Shown piece by piece: positions 49,915 to 63,540 of a stretch of 64,000 bases of DNA. The DNA comes from Octopus sinensis (Eukaryota): the NCBI RefSeq assembly GCF_006345805.1, contig NC_043017.1:3410001-3474000 (forward strand), read 5' to 3'. The notes beneath the pieces are model-generated. The model worked only from the letters and a program-made list of their open reading frames with translations. It did no database searches and was not told where the DNA came from. The first letter of the stretch is position 1. Every line of letters begins with the position of its first letter. The position numbers were made by a program, and so were the translations under genes.

Positions 49915-51002
49915 GTATGTATGTATGTATGTATGTATTGCAGTTGTTTATTAAATTACCTGTGAAATTAAGTTGATTTTTTAAACTCAGAATCTGAAGA
50001 AATTCTTATATTTCTCTCATCGTGGTTCTTGGGTTTTGGTGCAAGAACAACAAAACAAAGAAAAAAAAAGCTAAACGTTGTGAAAAAAAAAGAAAAAACT
50101 CAAAAAAAAAAAAAACCCCTGTTAAACAAACACAGAATTCTTACATTTCATTGTCTTTCTTCATTCATTGTGTTGTGTTGCTCCCTCATTCGTCCCCTGC
50201 CCCTTAGGTATTGACTTGCTATAATTGATAACAGCAATAGGAAGTGGGCTGATAACCAGTTGTGAAAAATATCTTTCATTCAATAATATTTCAATGTACA
50301 AATTTGTGAACTCATCCAACCCATGCTTGTCTGGAAAAAGTGGATGTGATGCAGTCAAAAATTAATCTCATCAGGGCCATTTTCTTATTTTCTTCCAAAT
50401 ATTATATAAGATAAGATGGGATTTTTTTTTTTTTGTTTTTTATTGAAAAAAAAAAAATTTGTTATTTTCTTCTTTTACAACAATTTTTTTTTTCATTCTC
50501 CATTCTATGCCATCACTTCCATGAAGAACAGGACAAAACTCATTCCATATCTTGAAAATGCAAAAAAAAAAAAAAAAAAGAACTAAAAAAAAAAGACATA
50601 AAAACTCCACATTTCCAAATATTTTTTTAATTGTTTTTTTTTGTATTTTTATTTTTTTTTAATGTAATCAGTATCATATTTTGTGGAAGATAGGTTATCA
50701 GGAATGGTACAATATTATCATCATCATCATCATCATCATCATTATTATTGTTATTATTATCATTGTTATTATTATTATTCTGATCAGATTCTGGGAGAAT
50801 GGCATGAGCATTCAACAAAATGCTTTGCAATAATTAGTTACAATTTAACGTTCTGAGTTCAAATCCCACTGAGGTCAACTTTGCCTCTCATCTCTCTGGG
50901 GTTGATAAAATAAAGCACCAGTCACGTACAAGAGTTGATTGTATCAACTAAACCTCTCTCTTCGAAATAAGAGAAAAAAATATATTATTGTTATTACTAT
51001 TG

Positions 51003-51510
51003 AGGCAGTGAGCTGGCAGAATCGTTAGCACGCTGGCTGAAATGCTTAGTGATATTTCACCTGTTGCTACATTCTGAGTTCAAATTCTGCCGAGGTCGAC
51101 TTTGTCTTTCATCCTTTCAGGGTCGATAAAATAAGTACCAGTTGAACACTGGGGTCAACGTAATCAACTAATCCCCTCCCCCCAAATTACTGCCCTTGTG
51201 GCAAAATTTGAAACCATTATTATTATTATTATTATTATTAAGGTAGTGAGCTGACAGAATCGTTAGCACGCCAGGTGAAATGCTTAGCTTCATTTCGACT
51301 AATAATGATAATCCTTTTTCTTCTATAGGCACTAGGCCTGAAATTTTAGGGACGGGGGCTAGTCAGTTACATTGACCCCAGTGCTCGACTGGTCCTTATT
51401 TCATTGAACCCCTGAAAGGACGAAAGGCAAGGTTGACCTCAGCGGAATTTAAACTCAGAACGTAAAGACAGATGAAAGGACACTGGCAACTTTCTGCCCT
51501 AAGACTAATA

Positions 51511-51545
<35 letters not shown>

Positions 51546-52970
51546 AGAAATAAATAATAATCATATTACTTTGTAAACAAACAATCTGGTGTGCTTATTT
51601 TAAATGGTCTACTAATGTGTACGGTGTTTCTTTGCCCTAGGTGTTGGGAAGACACTCGGCAAGAAATGGAAACAAAATTGAAAGAAGAGGATAACAATAA
51701 TAATAATAATAAGGCGGTGAGCTGGCAGAAACGTTAGCGCGCCAGGCGAAATGCTTAGTGGTATTTCATCTGTCGTTACGTTCTGAGTTCAAATTCCGCC
51801 GAGGTCGACTTTGCCTTTCATCCTTTCGGGGTCGATAAATAAAGTACCAGTTACACACTGGGGTCTACGTAATCGATTTAATCCGTTTGTCTGTCCTTGT
51901 TTGTCCCCTCTATGTTTAGTCCCTTGTGGGTAATAAAGAAATAAATAATAATAATGATTTCTTTAACAACCACAATAATGATAATAATAATTATAGTTTC
52001 ATATTTTGGCACAAGCCGAGAAATTTCGAGGAGGGCGGTAGTGCTCAGCCAATGCTTATTTTTATCAGGCCCCTCAAAGGATGAAAGTCAAAGTCAACCT
52101 TAGTGGAAGTTGAACCCAGAACATAAAGATAGATAAAAAGCCAGCAAGGATTTTATTTTTGTCCAGTATGCTAGCAATTCTACCAGCTTCCCACCTTGAT
52201 GATGATGATGATGATGATGATGACCGTTGTAGGTAATGAGGAAAATACAAAAGGCACAAATTCCATTTGTCCCCATTCTTTGGGAATAAAGTGTAAGGCT
52301 TTTGTAATTAGCTTAGGAAATCCTTCCCCTATCCCTCCTTGCAATAAATGTATAATACGCCGGAGTGTGATGGTAGTGGTAGAGGTGTGAACGAGTCATC
52401 AGTCGCCTGAAGCAACAGAACATTGTTCTGCATGGATCTGCACATTTGAATATGATGATACAGGTTCAAAACCCACCAGTGTCATGTTTTTAACCATAAT
52501 CCCCTCCTGGGAGAGTGTATGTATGACAATAATATATTTTAGGCTTGGAAGGCGGCGAGCTGGCAGAAACGTTAGCACGCCGGGCGAAATGCTTTGCAGT
52601 ATTTTGTCTGCCGTTACGTTGTGAGTTCAAATTCCGCCGAGGTCAACTTTGCCTTTCATCCTTCCTTTTGGGGTCAATTAAATAAGTACCAGTTACGCAT
52701 TGGAGTCGATGTAATCGACTTAATACCTATGTCTGTCCTTGTTTGTCCCCTCTATGTTTAGCCCCTTGTGGGTAATAAAAGAAATAGGTATTTCACCCGT
52801 CGCTACATTCTGAGTTCAAATTCCACCGAAGTTGACTTTGCCTTTCATCCTTTCGGGGTCGATAAATTAAGTACCAGTTACACACTGGGGTTGATGTAAT
52901 CGACTTAATCCGTTTGTCTGTCCTTGTTTGTCCCCTCTATGTTTAGCCCCTTGTGGGTAGTAAACAAACA
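51003..52970 (+). mobile_element. Dense cluster of SINE B copies separated by (AAT)n/(GAT)n tracts
   Basis: Heads near 51003, 51240, 51715 and 52550 (two body units), plus an inverted relic near 52010-52200. Confidence 0.85.
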
Positions 52971-53899
52971 TATATTTTAGGCCTGATTCAGTCACCTCTG
53001 CCACTTCTTCATCTTTCACTCCCTCTTTCCTTCTCCACAATATTTTGGTCGAGCACCAATTTCTGAAGAGAATTGTTATCTGATTTACATTTGTTTTTTA
53101 TTTTATTTTATTTTATTTGCTATCTTGTCAGTTATGTTGGTGTTTTGTTTTCAAAAAAATTCTTTTTTACTGTTTTATATCTTTGTTGTGTTGTATTGTT
53201 GTTTAGCTCTCGGTCAGACCTGATCCAGCAGACGGACTTATTATATAAAGTATTCCAGCCGTGGTCATCTTGTTATTTATACATCTATTTATTTTTGTTA
53301 AAGCATTAGTATATCTAGGAAGACATCATTCACATTGTCCTCCCAGATTAAAGGCAATTAAATAGTGTGTCATTTGAGGGAGATTTGGTCGGTATTTTTA
53401 GCAGTTTGAGTAACTGTGTAGTGGCTAAATTTTTTTTTTTGTTATTTAGCATGTATGTACGTATGTATGATGTAAATCTGGCGAATATTTATTGAATGTT
53501 TTATCGTTTATTTTATACAAGCATTTTAGCAAAATCAAAAGGGAAAAAAAAATGTTGTTCATTCCATTTTGATTGCTTGTAGATTTGAAGACCTGGCAAA
53601 TCTATCTCTGTCCCAGACACAAGATAAAAAATGGTTAAACAGGTTTATTAAATTTGTGAGACATAGTTTAAATATTTTTTTTTAAACTGAAACTTTTTTT
53701 TTTTTGGATCTCTAATAAATAAAGATCTTTATTTAAATTCCTTAATATGATGTTGTCTCTTCAATTCCATTATTGGTTTCTGCTAATATACTAATGTTCA
53801 TCTTCTACTGGTTGACTTCAACTTCACCCAAGCATTAAATAGTCTGGTGGTAGCATATTATCACCAATGTTGTGTCAAACAAAATCAGGTAAACAATCA

Positions 53900-54380
53900 T
53901 CATCATCATCGTTATCGTTTAACATCCGCTTTCCATGCTGTCATGGGTTGGACGATTTTGACTGAGGGTTGGCGAACCAGACAGCCACACCAGGCTTCAA
54001 TCTTGATCTGGCAGAGTTTCTACAGCTGGATGCCCTTCCTAATGCCAACCACTACGAGAGTGTAGTGGGTGCATTTTACGTGCCACCGGCACGGGGCCAG
54101 TCAGCCGGTACTGGCAAACGACCTCGCTCGAACCTTTTACACATGCTACTGGCACAGGTGCCAGTAAGGCGATGCTGGTAACGATCACGCTCGAATGGTG
54201 TCTTTCACATGCCACCGGCACGGAGGCCAGATAGCTGCTCTGGCAACGATCACGCTCGGATGCTACTCTTAATATCCTACTAGCAAGGGGCACGAGTGCC
54301 AGTAAGGCGACACTGATAACGATCACTGCTCTTAATATCCTACTAGCACGGGGCTTGAGTGCCAGTAAGGCGACGCTGGA
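53900..54380 (-). mobile_element. RTE 3' UTR copy with an expanded subrepeat array
   Basis: Tail plus repeated GGCAACGATCACGCTCG/GCCAGTAAGGCGA units. Confidence 0.8.
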
Positions 54381-55545
54381 ATCTATACTTGAACTCAATA
54401 GTTTATGTAACAAATAATACTGTACCAGAGCAGGAGCAGCGTCTTAGACAACTTCTGGTGAAGGTGCATGGCTTAGTGGTTAGGCTATGCAGCTCATGAT
54501 CGTATTGTCGATTCCTTGTAGCAGTATATGTCCTTGAGCAGACCACTTTATTTCACATTGCTTCAGTCCACTCAGCTGGCAAAAATGCATCGTACCTCTA
54601 TTTCAAACAGGCCAGCCTTGTCACACTATTTGTCACGCTGAATCTCCCTGAGAACTACGTTAAGGGTACACGTGTCTGTGGAGTGGTCAGCCATTTGCTC
54701 GTTAATTTCACGATCAGGCTGTTCCATTAAAATTCCAATCAAATACTAGAGCTGATTTAACCTTTCAGCATTCAGATTACTCTATCATTATTTTGCAGCC
54801 TCAAGATTTCAATGATGTGATTGCTTATTTCTAGAATGCCATTCTAGGATAGGCGTAAGAAGCCAAATATGGCCAGATTGAACATAGAGCCAGTAGGATA
54901 GTCTTATGCTTTTCTGTTATGGCCTGGAAAACTATAACAAACATGAAGTGCTGGGGTTGACAAGTGAGTTGTGATGAACACCTAACTGCTTGTTAAATTC
55001 CTTGCTGGACTCGTGGCCAACTTTCCCTTTGCTGGTGATGTCTCTGAGCACAACTCACTTTGCTCTCAGTTCTCAAACATTTTTTACATATGGACCCCTT
55101 TGATTACCGTTTCATTCCGACAGACACAATATTTAAAAACCAGGAAATTGCACCAAAGCTGCATGATAGTGGTGTCGAGTGTGGCATGCAGACCCTCTTG
55201 TAATTTGTTTTATTCTTCTCTTCCATTTTACAAATTCAGCGTGTGCCTTCATACTTATTCTGGTTCCTACTCAACCATCTCAGGAACTTGCATTTGTGGA
55301 GGGGTGCTTCGCACTCTGACGATTGTGAGACTAGCTTTTATTTTTTTACTTGTTTTGGTTATTTTGACTGTGGCCATGCTGGAGCACCACCTATTAGTCA
55401 AAGAAATCAACCCCTGGACTTATTCTTTGTAAGCCTGGCACTTATTCTATCAGTCTCTTTTGCTGAACTGCTAAGTTATGGGGATGTAAACATACCAAGA
55501 TCGGATGTCAAGCGATGGTAGAAGTACAAACACACAAATATATAC

Positions 55546-55577
<32 letters not shown>

Positions 55578-56750
55578 CGATGTGCTTCCTTCAGTTTCCA
55601 CTCACAAGGCTTTGGTAGGGCCCGAGGCTATAGTAGAAGACACTTGCCCAAGATGATACACAATGGAACTGAACCCGGAACCATGTGGTAGGGAAGTAAA
55701 CTTACCACGCAGCTACACCTATAGAGACATTTAAAAAAAATTCCTCTTTTGTTTTTCACCGATTCCTTTGTGTAGGTTTGCAACAACATTCCTTGAGAGA
55801 ACGTTTCAGGGGCCAGAAAGAGAAAGGAACCAAGCTGTTTGTTGTAATAAATACATCTAAAGGGAAATTTTTTCATGGACCCTTAAAACACTACTGAGGA
55901 TCCTCAATTTACTATTTTGCTTGTGTGGACCCCAAAAACCTTATACGGACCTCCAGGGGTCATATGGACCCTAGCTGAGGACCACTTTTGAAATGACAAT
56001 GGTGCACTTACCTTTACTGATGTTAGGGAGACACATAACTAGAAAATATTACGATGACTTATAGCTGAATCTGGGGATCGTGTGTTGTGTCTTTCTCAAC
56101 ACTGAGATGTCACACGATACAATGATGTAATTTGTTGTCTGCGTGGCTGGCCCGAACAGCCTACCTCATCGTCTCACACCACTTGTGTTTGTCTACTATT
56201 TATTTGTGGTGGAACAGCCCACTTCTCTCACTCGGGCTCTCCTTCACAACACCTCCCCTTCTGAGATTTCTTTTTCTTCACATAGCATTATTATTCTATT
56301 TCGTTTTCTTCCACACCAGAATTTGTTTCAACTATGTATTACAACAAAATCTTTTTTCAATAGAATTCTTTTGGGCCACTGCTTCAGACCCTCGATTTAA
56401 ATTTTCCCTTTTCATTCTGTATTTTCTTTCCTTCTGTCTTTAATACATTTTATCCCCTCTTTTTATCCTCCTCCTGAGTTCTTTTGGATATAGTTCCCTT
56501 TTAGCATTACTACTTATCATATCTTAAAGCTGCAGTATAGGCAAAAAGGCCTTAAATATTGACAACTTTCATCTCTTATCTTGTACTAATTCTGTCCTAT
56601 TACCGAAAGGCCTCTTGCGTATATATAAAATAACATCTGTGCAATGTCTATGTTTCCGATACTGTCCATTTTCCCCGTGTATAAGCGTGTGTGTATATTA
56701 ATGCCAACATAACACAGACATACACACATGCTATCATTCTCTAACGCACA

Positions 56751-56789
<39 letters not shown>

Positions 56790-56839
56790 AAAAAAAGTAT
56801 ACTCTGGTAAAAAGAAAAGATAAAACAAAACAAGAAGAG

Positions 56840-57640
56840 ATTCATTTTGTAGAGTAGGAAATTATATATTTTGTAGAGGAAGAAATTATATAACATAATT
56901 TGTAGAACAAAACGTCATATTATATATTTTCTAAAGCAAGAAAACATCTCAGTATATCTCTTGTAGAGCAAGAAATTGTAAAATTTTGTAAATTGTAGAG
57001 CAAAAAAAATAAAAAAAAAGAAAATCATATCACACATTTTGTAGAGCAAGAAATTACATTTTCATCTCTTGTAGAGCAGTAAAATCATATTGCATACATT
57101 GTAAACAGAAAATCATTATATATATTTTGTAGAGCTGTAAATCCTAAATAATAAATCATGCAGAACAGGATATCAGTCATATTACATATCTTACAGAGAA
57201 AGAAATCATAATATTGTTGAAAGAAAACACTGTTACATTACACACTTTGTAGAGCAGGAAATCATGATAAATTTTGTAGAGGAGGAAATCATAATACAAG
57301 ATAAACTTGTGAAACAGAAAATCATATCACACATTTTGTAGAACAAAAAAATCATATCAAATACTTTGTAGAACATAAAATCATATTACACATTTTGTAG
57401 ATTAGGAACAGGAAATGATAATACTTATTTTGTAGAGCAAATAAATAATAAATACTAAATCATATTGCTTATCTTATAGACAAACATATCTTAATATTCA
57501 ATCTTTAATAGGGCAGAAAATAATACTAAAATTTTGTAGGGCACAAAATCAATATTACATGTTTTGTAGAATAATATATTACATATCTTGTGCAAATCAG
57601 GTAATCATATATATATATCTAGTAAAGCAGTAAATAGAAT
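56840..57640. repeat. Ancient degenerate minisatellite of about 28-29 bp (consensus near TTTGTAGAGCAAGAAATCATATTACACAT)
   Basis: More than 20 diverged TTGTAGA cores at roughly regular spacing. Confidence 0.85.
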
Positions 57641-58914
57641 TATTTTCTAGCTTTTGTGCAAGGCCATAGGGAGAGGACAATCAATCACATTGACACTGGT
57701 ACTAATTTTACCAATCCCGAGAGGATGAAAGGCAAAGTTGTCCTCAGCGGGATTTGAACACAGAACACGAAGAGTCGAAAACATTTTGTCTGACACACTA
57801 ATGGTTCTGCTAGCTCACCACCTTAACCCTTCGACATTCAGATTCTTCTGTTAAATGTAAAGCATATTTTTAGAATGTCATTGTAGGGCATGTGTGAGAG
57901 GCTGGATCTGGCCAGTTTGCACACAAAACAGGTAGAATATTTTGGCTGGGTACAGCCAGTTTAAATGCTAAAATGTTAAAGCACTAAACAGAATACATAC
58001 ACTGTAGAACAGGAGACCATATTGCATATCAGGCTCAGTAAGAAATCACAGAGAAGTTTATTTTCATAGAACTACAAATATCAAAATATATGTATATATA
58101 GTAAAATATCAAATGATAACATTTACATATTTCATGGAGCAAGAAATAGCAAAGGCTTACACACTGTAGAAGGAACATTTAAAGACCAGGAACAGATACT
58201 TAAGGTTCCAAAAATAGTAATGATGCACATGTTGTAGAATTTGAAACGGTAATGTGTGTGCTGTAGATAAGTCTGGAACCCAGAGAATTGAAGAGAGCCA
58301 TCAAGGAAATAGGTACAGCAGCTGAAACTAGCACAAGATGGCTATGGTTGAGAAGGGACTACAAGTGGAACCAACCCTTCTGTAGGTGAAGACTAGCTCA
58401 GTTCTCGCTGCCCCACTCAGGTGAAGCGTACAGGCTAAGGGGCAAAATGTTTGTGACCCTTGATATACCAGCTGATGATATGAAAGGGTTTCTAGTATTG
58501 CAAGGGATTTAGAAAAGCTTACAAAACCTCTGGGCAGCTCGTACAGTTTCTACATGGAGCAATAAATTATAACGTGGTATGATGTGTTATGCATATCAGA
58601 TAATATTATGTATCACATGGAATAACAATGGTAACACACTTTATATCGTGGATCTAAAATGGTTAATATTGTATAATGCAAAGAAAGAGAAAAAAAAAAA
58701 CCGGTAACATGATATAACTTGCAGATCTAAAACGGATAGCATTAAATATTCCATGGAATAAGAAATGGTAATCTGAGACACAGTGGCATCACTTGGTTTA
58801 AAGATGAGTATACTAATGATTAAATGCTAATTATTTCTGTTCATTTGTCATACACCTGAGCCAATACATACAATAAGCTCATCATCATCATCATCATCAT
58901 CATCTTGATGTTGT

Positions 58915-59316
58915 TTCTCTCTTTTACTTGTTTCAGTCATTTGACTGTGGCCATGCTGGAGCACCGCCTTTAGTCGAGCAAATCGACCCCAGGACTTATT
59001 TTTTGTAAGCCTAGTACTTATTCTATCGGTCTCTTTTACCGAACCTCTAAGTTACAGGGACGGAAACACACCAGCATCGGTTGTCAAGCGATGTTGGGGG
59101 GACAAACACAGACACACGAACACACACACACACATACATATACACATATATACGACAGGCTTCTTACAGTTTCCGTCTAGCAAATCCACTCACAAGGCTT
59201 TGGTCAGCCTGAGGCTATAGTAGAAGACACTTGCCTAAGGTGCCATGCAGTGGGACTGAACCCAGAACCATGTGGTTGGTAAGCAAGCAACTTACCATAC
59301 AGTCACTCCTGTGCTT
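58915..59316 (-). mobile_element. Full-length SINE family A
   Basis: Head, body and tail. Confidence 0.9.
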
Positions 59317-59796
59317 ACATAAAAAAAACCCAAAAAGTAGAATATCTGGGCCTGATATGGTTAGCTTAAATATTGAAGGGTTAAGTATATAGTTTCAGCC
59401 ATAAGATATGAAATAAATGTAAATAATTGAAGTACAATCATCAGTGTATTATTGTCTTTAAATTAAGTGATGCCACCACACACACATGTAGTAAATGAGC
59501 ATGAGTAATGGTATTTGCCTGGTGGAAAACCAGAAATGATAATATTGTAAGTAAGTACATCATGTAGAGCAAAAACACTGCAAATGTTATACATTTTGTA
59601 GGTAAAGGAAATTTTAAACACAGCTTGTGGATGGCAAAAAGCAGTTGAGGGTTGAACAAATGCCTTGTGGTATTTAGTCATGCACATTTACACACTGAGT
59701 GTAATTCCTATTGTCCAAGACCATGGTGGCTTTTGTCCTTCTGTGGTTGCAAACACAAATACAATTTGATAAAATAAGCAGTAAAATAGACACTGT

Positions 59797-60112
59797 GGAG
59801 GTGTAATGGCCCAGTGCTTAGGGCAGCGGACTCGCGGTCGGAGGATCGTGGTTTCGATTCCCAGACTGGGCGTTGTGTGTGTTTATTGAGTGAAAACACC
59901 TAAAGCTCCACGAGGCTCCAGCAGGGGTGGGGGGGGGGGGAAGCCCTGTTGTACTCTTTCGCACCAACTTTCTTTCACTCTTTCTTCCTGTTTCTTGAGT
60001 AACGCTGTGATGGACTGGCGTCCTGTCCAGCTGGGGGGAACACATATGCCATAGAAACTGGGAAACTGGGCCCATGAGCCTGGCTAGGCTTGAAAAGGGC
60101 ACATAAAAATAA
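59797..60112 (+). mobile_element. SINE with the family-C head and a V-domain-like body
   Basis: Same head as 47998-48384, then GATGGACTGGCGTCCTGTCCAG (V-SINE-like core). Confidence 0.75.
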
Positions 60113-60516
60113 TAAAAATAAAAATTGACACTATTGACTATACACATTGATTGTGGTTCATTCACATGGCCACATTCCAGTGAGGGGGAAAAACCCAATA
60201 AAATATAAATTATCTTACCGAGAAATACAAATCACAACAGTTTGAATGTCTTAAATACAGCAGGGGAGGAAGACTGAAATAACAAACCATGGTATTTCAT
60301 GTTTGGCAGAACAGGGAATAATGGTTTCAGATTTTAGCACAAATCCAGCAGTTTCTGGGTAGGGGACAAGTTGATTACATTGATCCCAGGATTCATCTGG
60401 TACTCATTTTATTGACCCCGAAAAGATGAAAGGTGAAGTAGACCCCAGTGTCATTTGAACTCAGAATGTAAAGACAGACGAAATGCTACTAAGCATTTTG
60501 CCTGGCGTGCTAATGA

Positions 60517-61109
60517 TTCTTATTTCTTTATTGACCACAAGGGGCTAAACATAGAGGGGACAAACAAGGACATTAAGTCGATTACATTGACCCCAGTGCG
60601 TAACTGGTACTTAATTTATCAACCTCCGAAAGGATGAAAGGCAAAGTCGACCTCGGTGGAATTTGAACTCGGAACGTAACGGCAGATGAAATACCTATTT
60701 CTTTACTGCCCACAAGGGGCTACACACAGAGGGGACAAACAAGGACAGACATAGGTATTAAGTCGATTATATTGACCCCAGTGCGTAATTGGTACTTATT
60801 TAATCGACCCCGAAAGGATGAAAGGCAAAGTCAACCTTGGCGGAATTTGAACTCAGGACGTAGCAGCAGACGAAATACCTATTTCTTTATTACCCACAAG
60901 GGGCTAAACACAGAGGGGACAAACAAGGACAGACATAGGTATTAAGTCGATTACATCGGCCCCAGTGCATAACTGGTACTTAATTAATCGACCCCGAAAG
61001 GATGAAAGGCAAAGTCGACCTCGGCGGAATTTGAACTCAGAACGTAACGGCAGACGAAATACCGCTAAGCATTTCGCCTGGCGTGCTAACGATTCTGCCA
61101 GCTCACCAC
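60517..61109 (-). mobile_element. SINE B multimer: one head plus three tandem body units of about 184 bp
   Basis: ATACC junction motif recurs at 60691, 60875 and 61059. Confidence 0.9.
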
Positions 61110-61794
61110 TTTCTGAGCAGGGAATAATATTACATATTGTGTAGAGCAGTTGATAATTATGCTTTTTGCAAAGCTATAAGAAATATAAGTAACACCTTAC
61201 TATACCAAAAAATCTGATACACAGAGGAAGAAGTTCTATGAGTTTCTATACCCTGTTCTACTTTATGATACGGACTGCATCACATAGGACAAAACCCTCT
61301 CATTTGTAACATGGAGGTCTTTCAAAACCAAGTTATTAAACTTATTAGTCTATAAGGCATCACTGATCTATAAGTTATGTCTAACCTTTATTTCTAATTT
61401 GCATACAGGACCAATAATTTTGAAGGGTGATTACCTTGACCCCAGTAATTGATTAGTACTTTATTTTATTGACTTAAAAAGGGCTTAAAGGCAAAGTCGA
61501 CTTTGGCAGGAACTGAACTCAGAATGTACAGAACCAGAAAGTTACTGTAGAGCATATCTCACCAATTTACTGCCTTAATAATAATAACAATCTTTTCTTC
61601 TATAGGAACAGGGGCCTGAAATTTCAAGGGAGGGGACTAGTTGATTACATTGATCCCAGTACTTGACTGGTACTTATTTTATCGACCCCAAAAGGATGAA
61701 AGACATTTGACTCTGGTGGAATTTGAACACAGAATGTAAAAATGGACAAAATGCCACTAAACATTTGCCCAGCTTGCTAACGATTCTTGGCGAA

Positions 61795-61930
61795 AAAACA
61801 GACATATACAATCTTCTTAAATACGAGATAACTTGATTGAGAAAAATGAAGAAGGTGAAGATGATGCCAATTATTGTTGGGTCTCTGGGGACAGTATCAG
61901 AAGGCATCATGGCCAGAGTCATTGGGAAAG
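61795..61930 (+). mobile_element. RLE-endonuclease non-LTR (R4/NeSL-like) C-terminal relic
   Basis: LLKYEI...KMKKVKMMPIIVGSLGTVS ~ KY..L..EI..MW.MK.V.VIPIVIGALG. Confidence 0.55.
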
Positions 61931-62773
61931 TTTTAGATAGTTGAAGAGAACAGATAGAATGGTATCATAGGCTGTAGGAAGCAAGCTTGCTATGCGTGCA
62001 AGACTCCAGGAGTTCCAGTGAACTCCTAATATAGGTATAAGGATCGCGATTTTGAAGGGAGTTAGGGTTAGTCGATATCCGTGACCCTGGTACTTGATCC
62101 AATTATTTTATTGACCCAGGAGGTTATGTCAAACTCAGAGGGATTTGAATTCAGAATTTAAAGGGCCAGAAGAAATACCACAGACATTCTTTTCATGGCT
62201 CTAATGATTCTGCCAGGGTATTTCATTTAGGAACAAAGCTAACAATTTTAGGGGTGAAGTGGGGTGGTGGGTGGGGGTTAGTTGACAGCATTTAGTTGCA
62301 GTACTTGACTGGTACTTCATTTTATCAATCCTGGAAAAGTAAAGGTAACCTTGATAGGGCTTGAACTCAGAACATACAGACCAGGAACAGATACTTCAAA
62401 ACATTTGCCATGTAATATGATTCTGCCAAAAAAATAAATAAAATAAAACAAAATAAAATTTAAAAAGTGGAATAAAACAAATTGAATGAAATTAGTTAAT
62501 AAATAATGTAAGCAGTGAGTGGTTCAGTTTGAAATGCTGCACTGTGGCTTTCATCCATTCACCAGATACGTGTGTGGGAATAACCCCGTTTTATGAGTGA
62601 ATGATATTTTGCCACATTGTTGAATAACGACCAAGGTACATTGTTATTAATTTCTCTGTTCGGGAATGAAGACTTGCGTTGGAAGCACTGTGATGAATCT
62701 TGGTCTATTTGGGGCAATCTGCAAAAGGAAAACGAAACAACTTCGTCAGTCGAACAATTCACAGGTTTGGGTG

Positions 62774-62833
<60 letters not shown>

Positions 62834-62934
62834 GACAGAATTGAGATCTGAAAACCAAAGTGTCATGTAAAATGTACTGGTGGTGGTGGTGCAGTGTAAA
62901 AAAAATCACTCAGTGCACTTCGAGGAGTTCCTTC

Positions 62935-63540
62935 TCCTTTTCAAGCCATGCCTGGCTCATAAGGGCCGGGTTTCCCGGTTTCCTTGGCGTATAGGTTCCC
63001 CACCTGGACGGGACGTCGATCCGTCGCAGGTGAGCTGCAAGATGCAGGAGGAAAGAGTGAGAGAAAGTTGTGGCGAAAGAGTCAGTAGAAGTTCGCCATT
63101 ACCTCCTGCCGGAGCCGCGTGGAGCTTAGGTGTTTCGCTCATAAACACACACATCGCCCGGTCTGAGATTTGAACCCGCAATCCCTCAACTGCGAGTCTG
63201 TTGCTCTAACCACTAGCCCATGTGCCTCCACTAAAAATGTCCCTTCTCGAGCCATGCCAGGCTCATAAGGGCCAGTTTCCCAGTTTCCGTGATATATAGG
63301 CCCCCCCCCCCCACTGGATGGGACGCTGGTCCGTGTCAGGTGAGCTGCAAGATGCAGGAGGAAAGAGTGAGAGAAACCTGTGACAAAAGAGTCAGCAGAA
63401 GTTCGCCATTACCTTCTGCCGGAGCTGCGTGGAGCTTAGGTGTTTCGCTCATAAAACACACACATCACCCAGTCTGAGATTTGAACCCGCAATCCCTCGA
63501 CCGTGAGGCCACTGCTCTAACCACTAGGCCATGTGCCTCC
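62935..63540 (-). mobile_element. Two tandem V-domain-like SINE copies
   Basis: 62935-63230 and 63240-63540 are both reverse complements of the 59797 family. Confidence 0.85.

Noticed and set aside
60517-61109. CRISPR-like regular repeats (also 56840-57640)
   Set aside because: Eukaryotic context, no unique spacers and no cas genes; explained as SINE multimers and a satellite.
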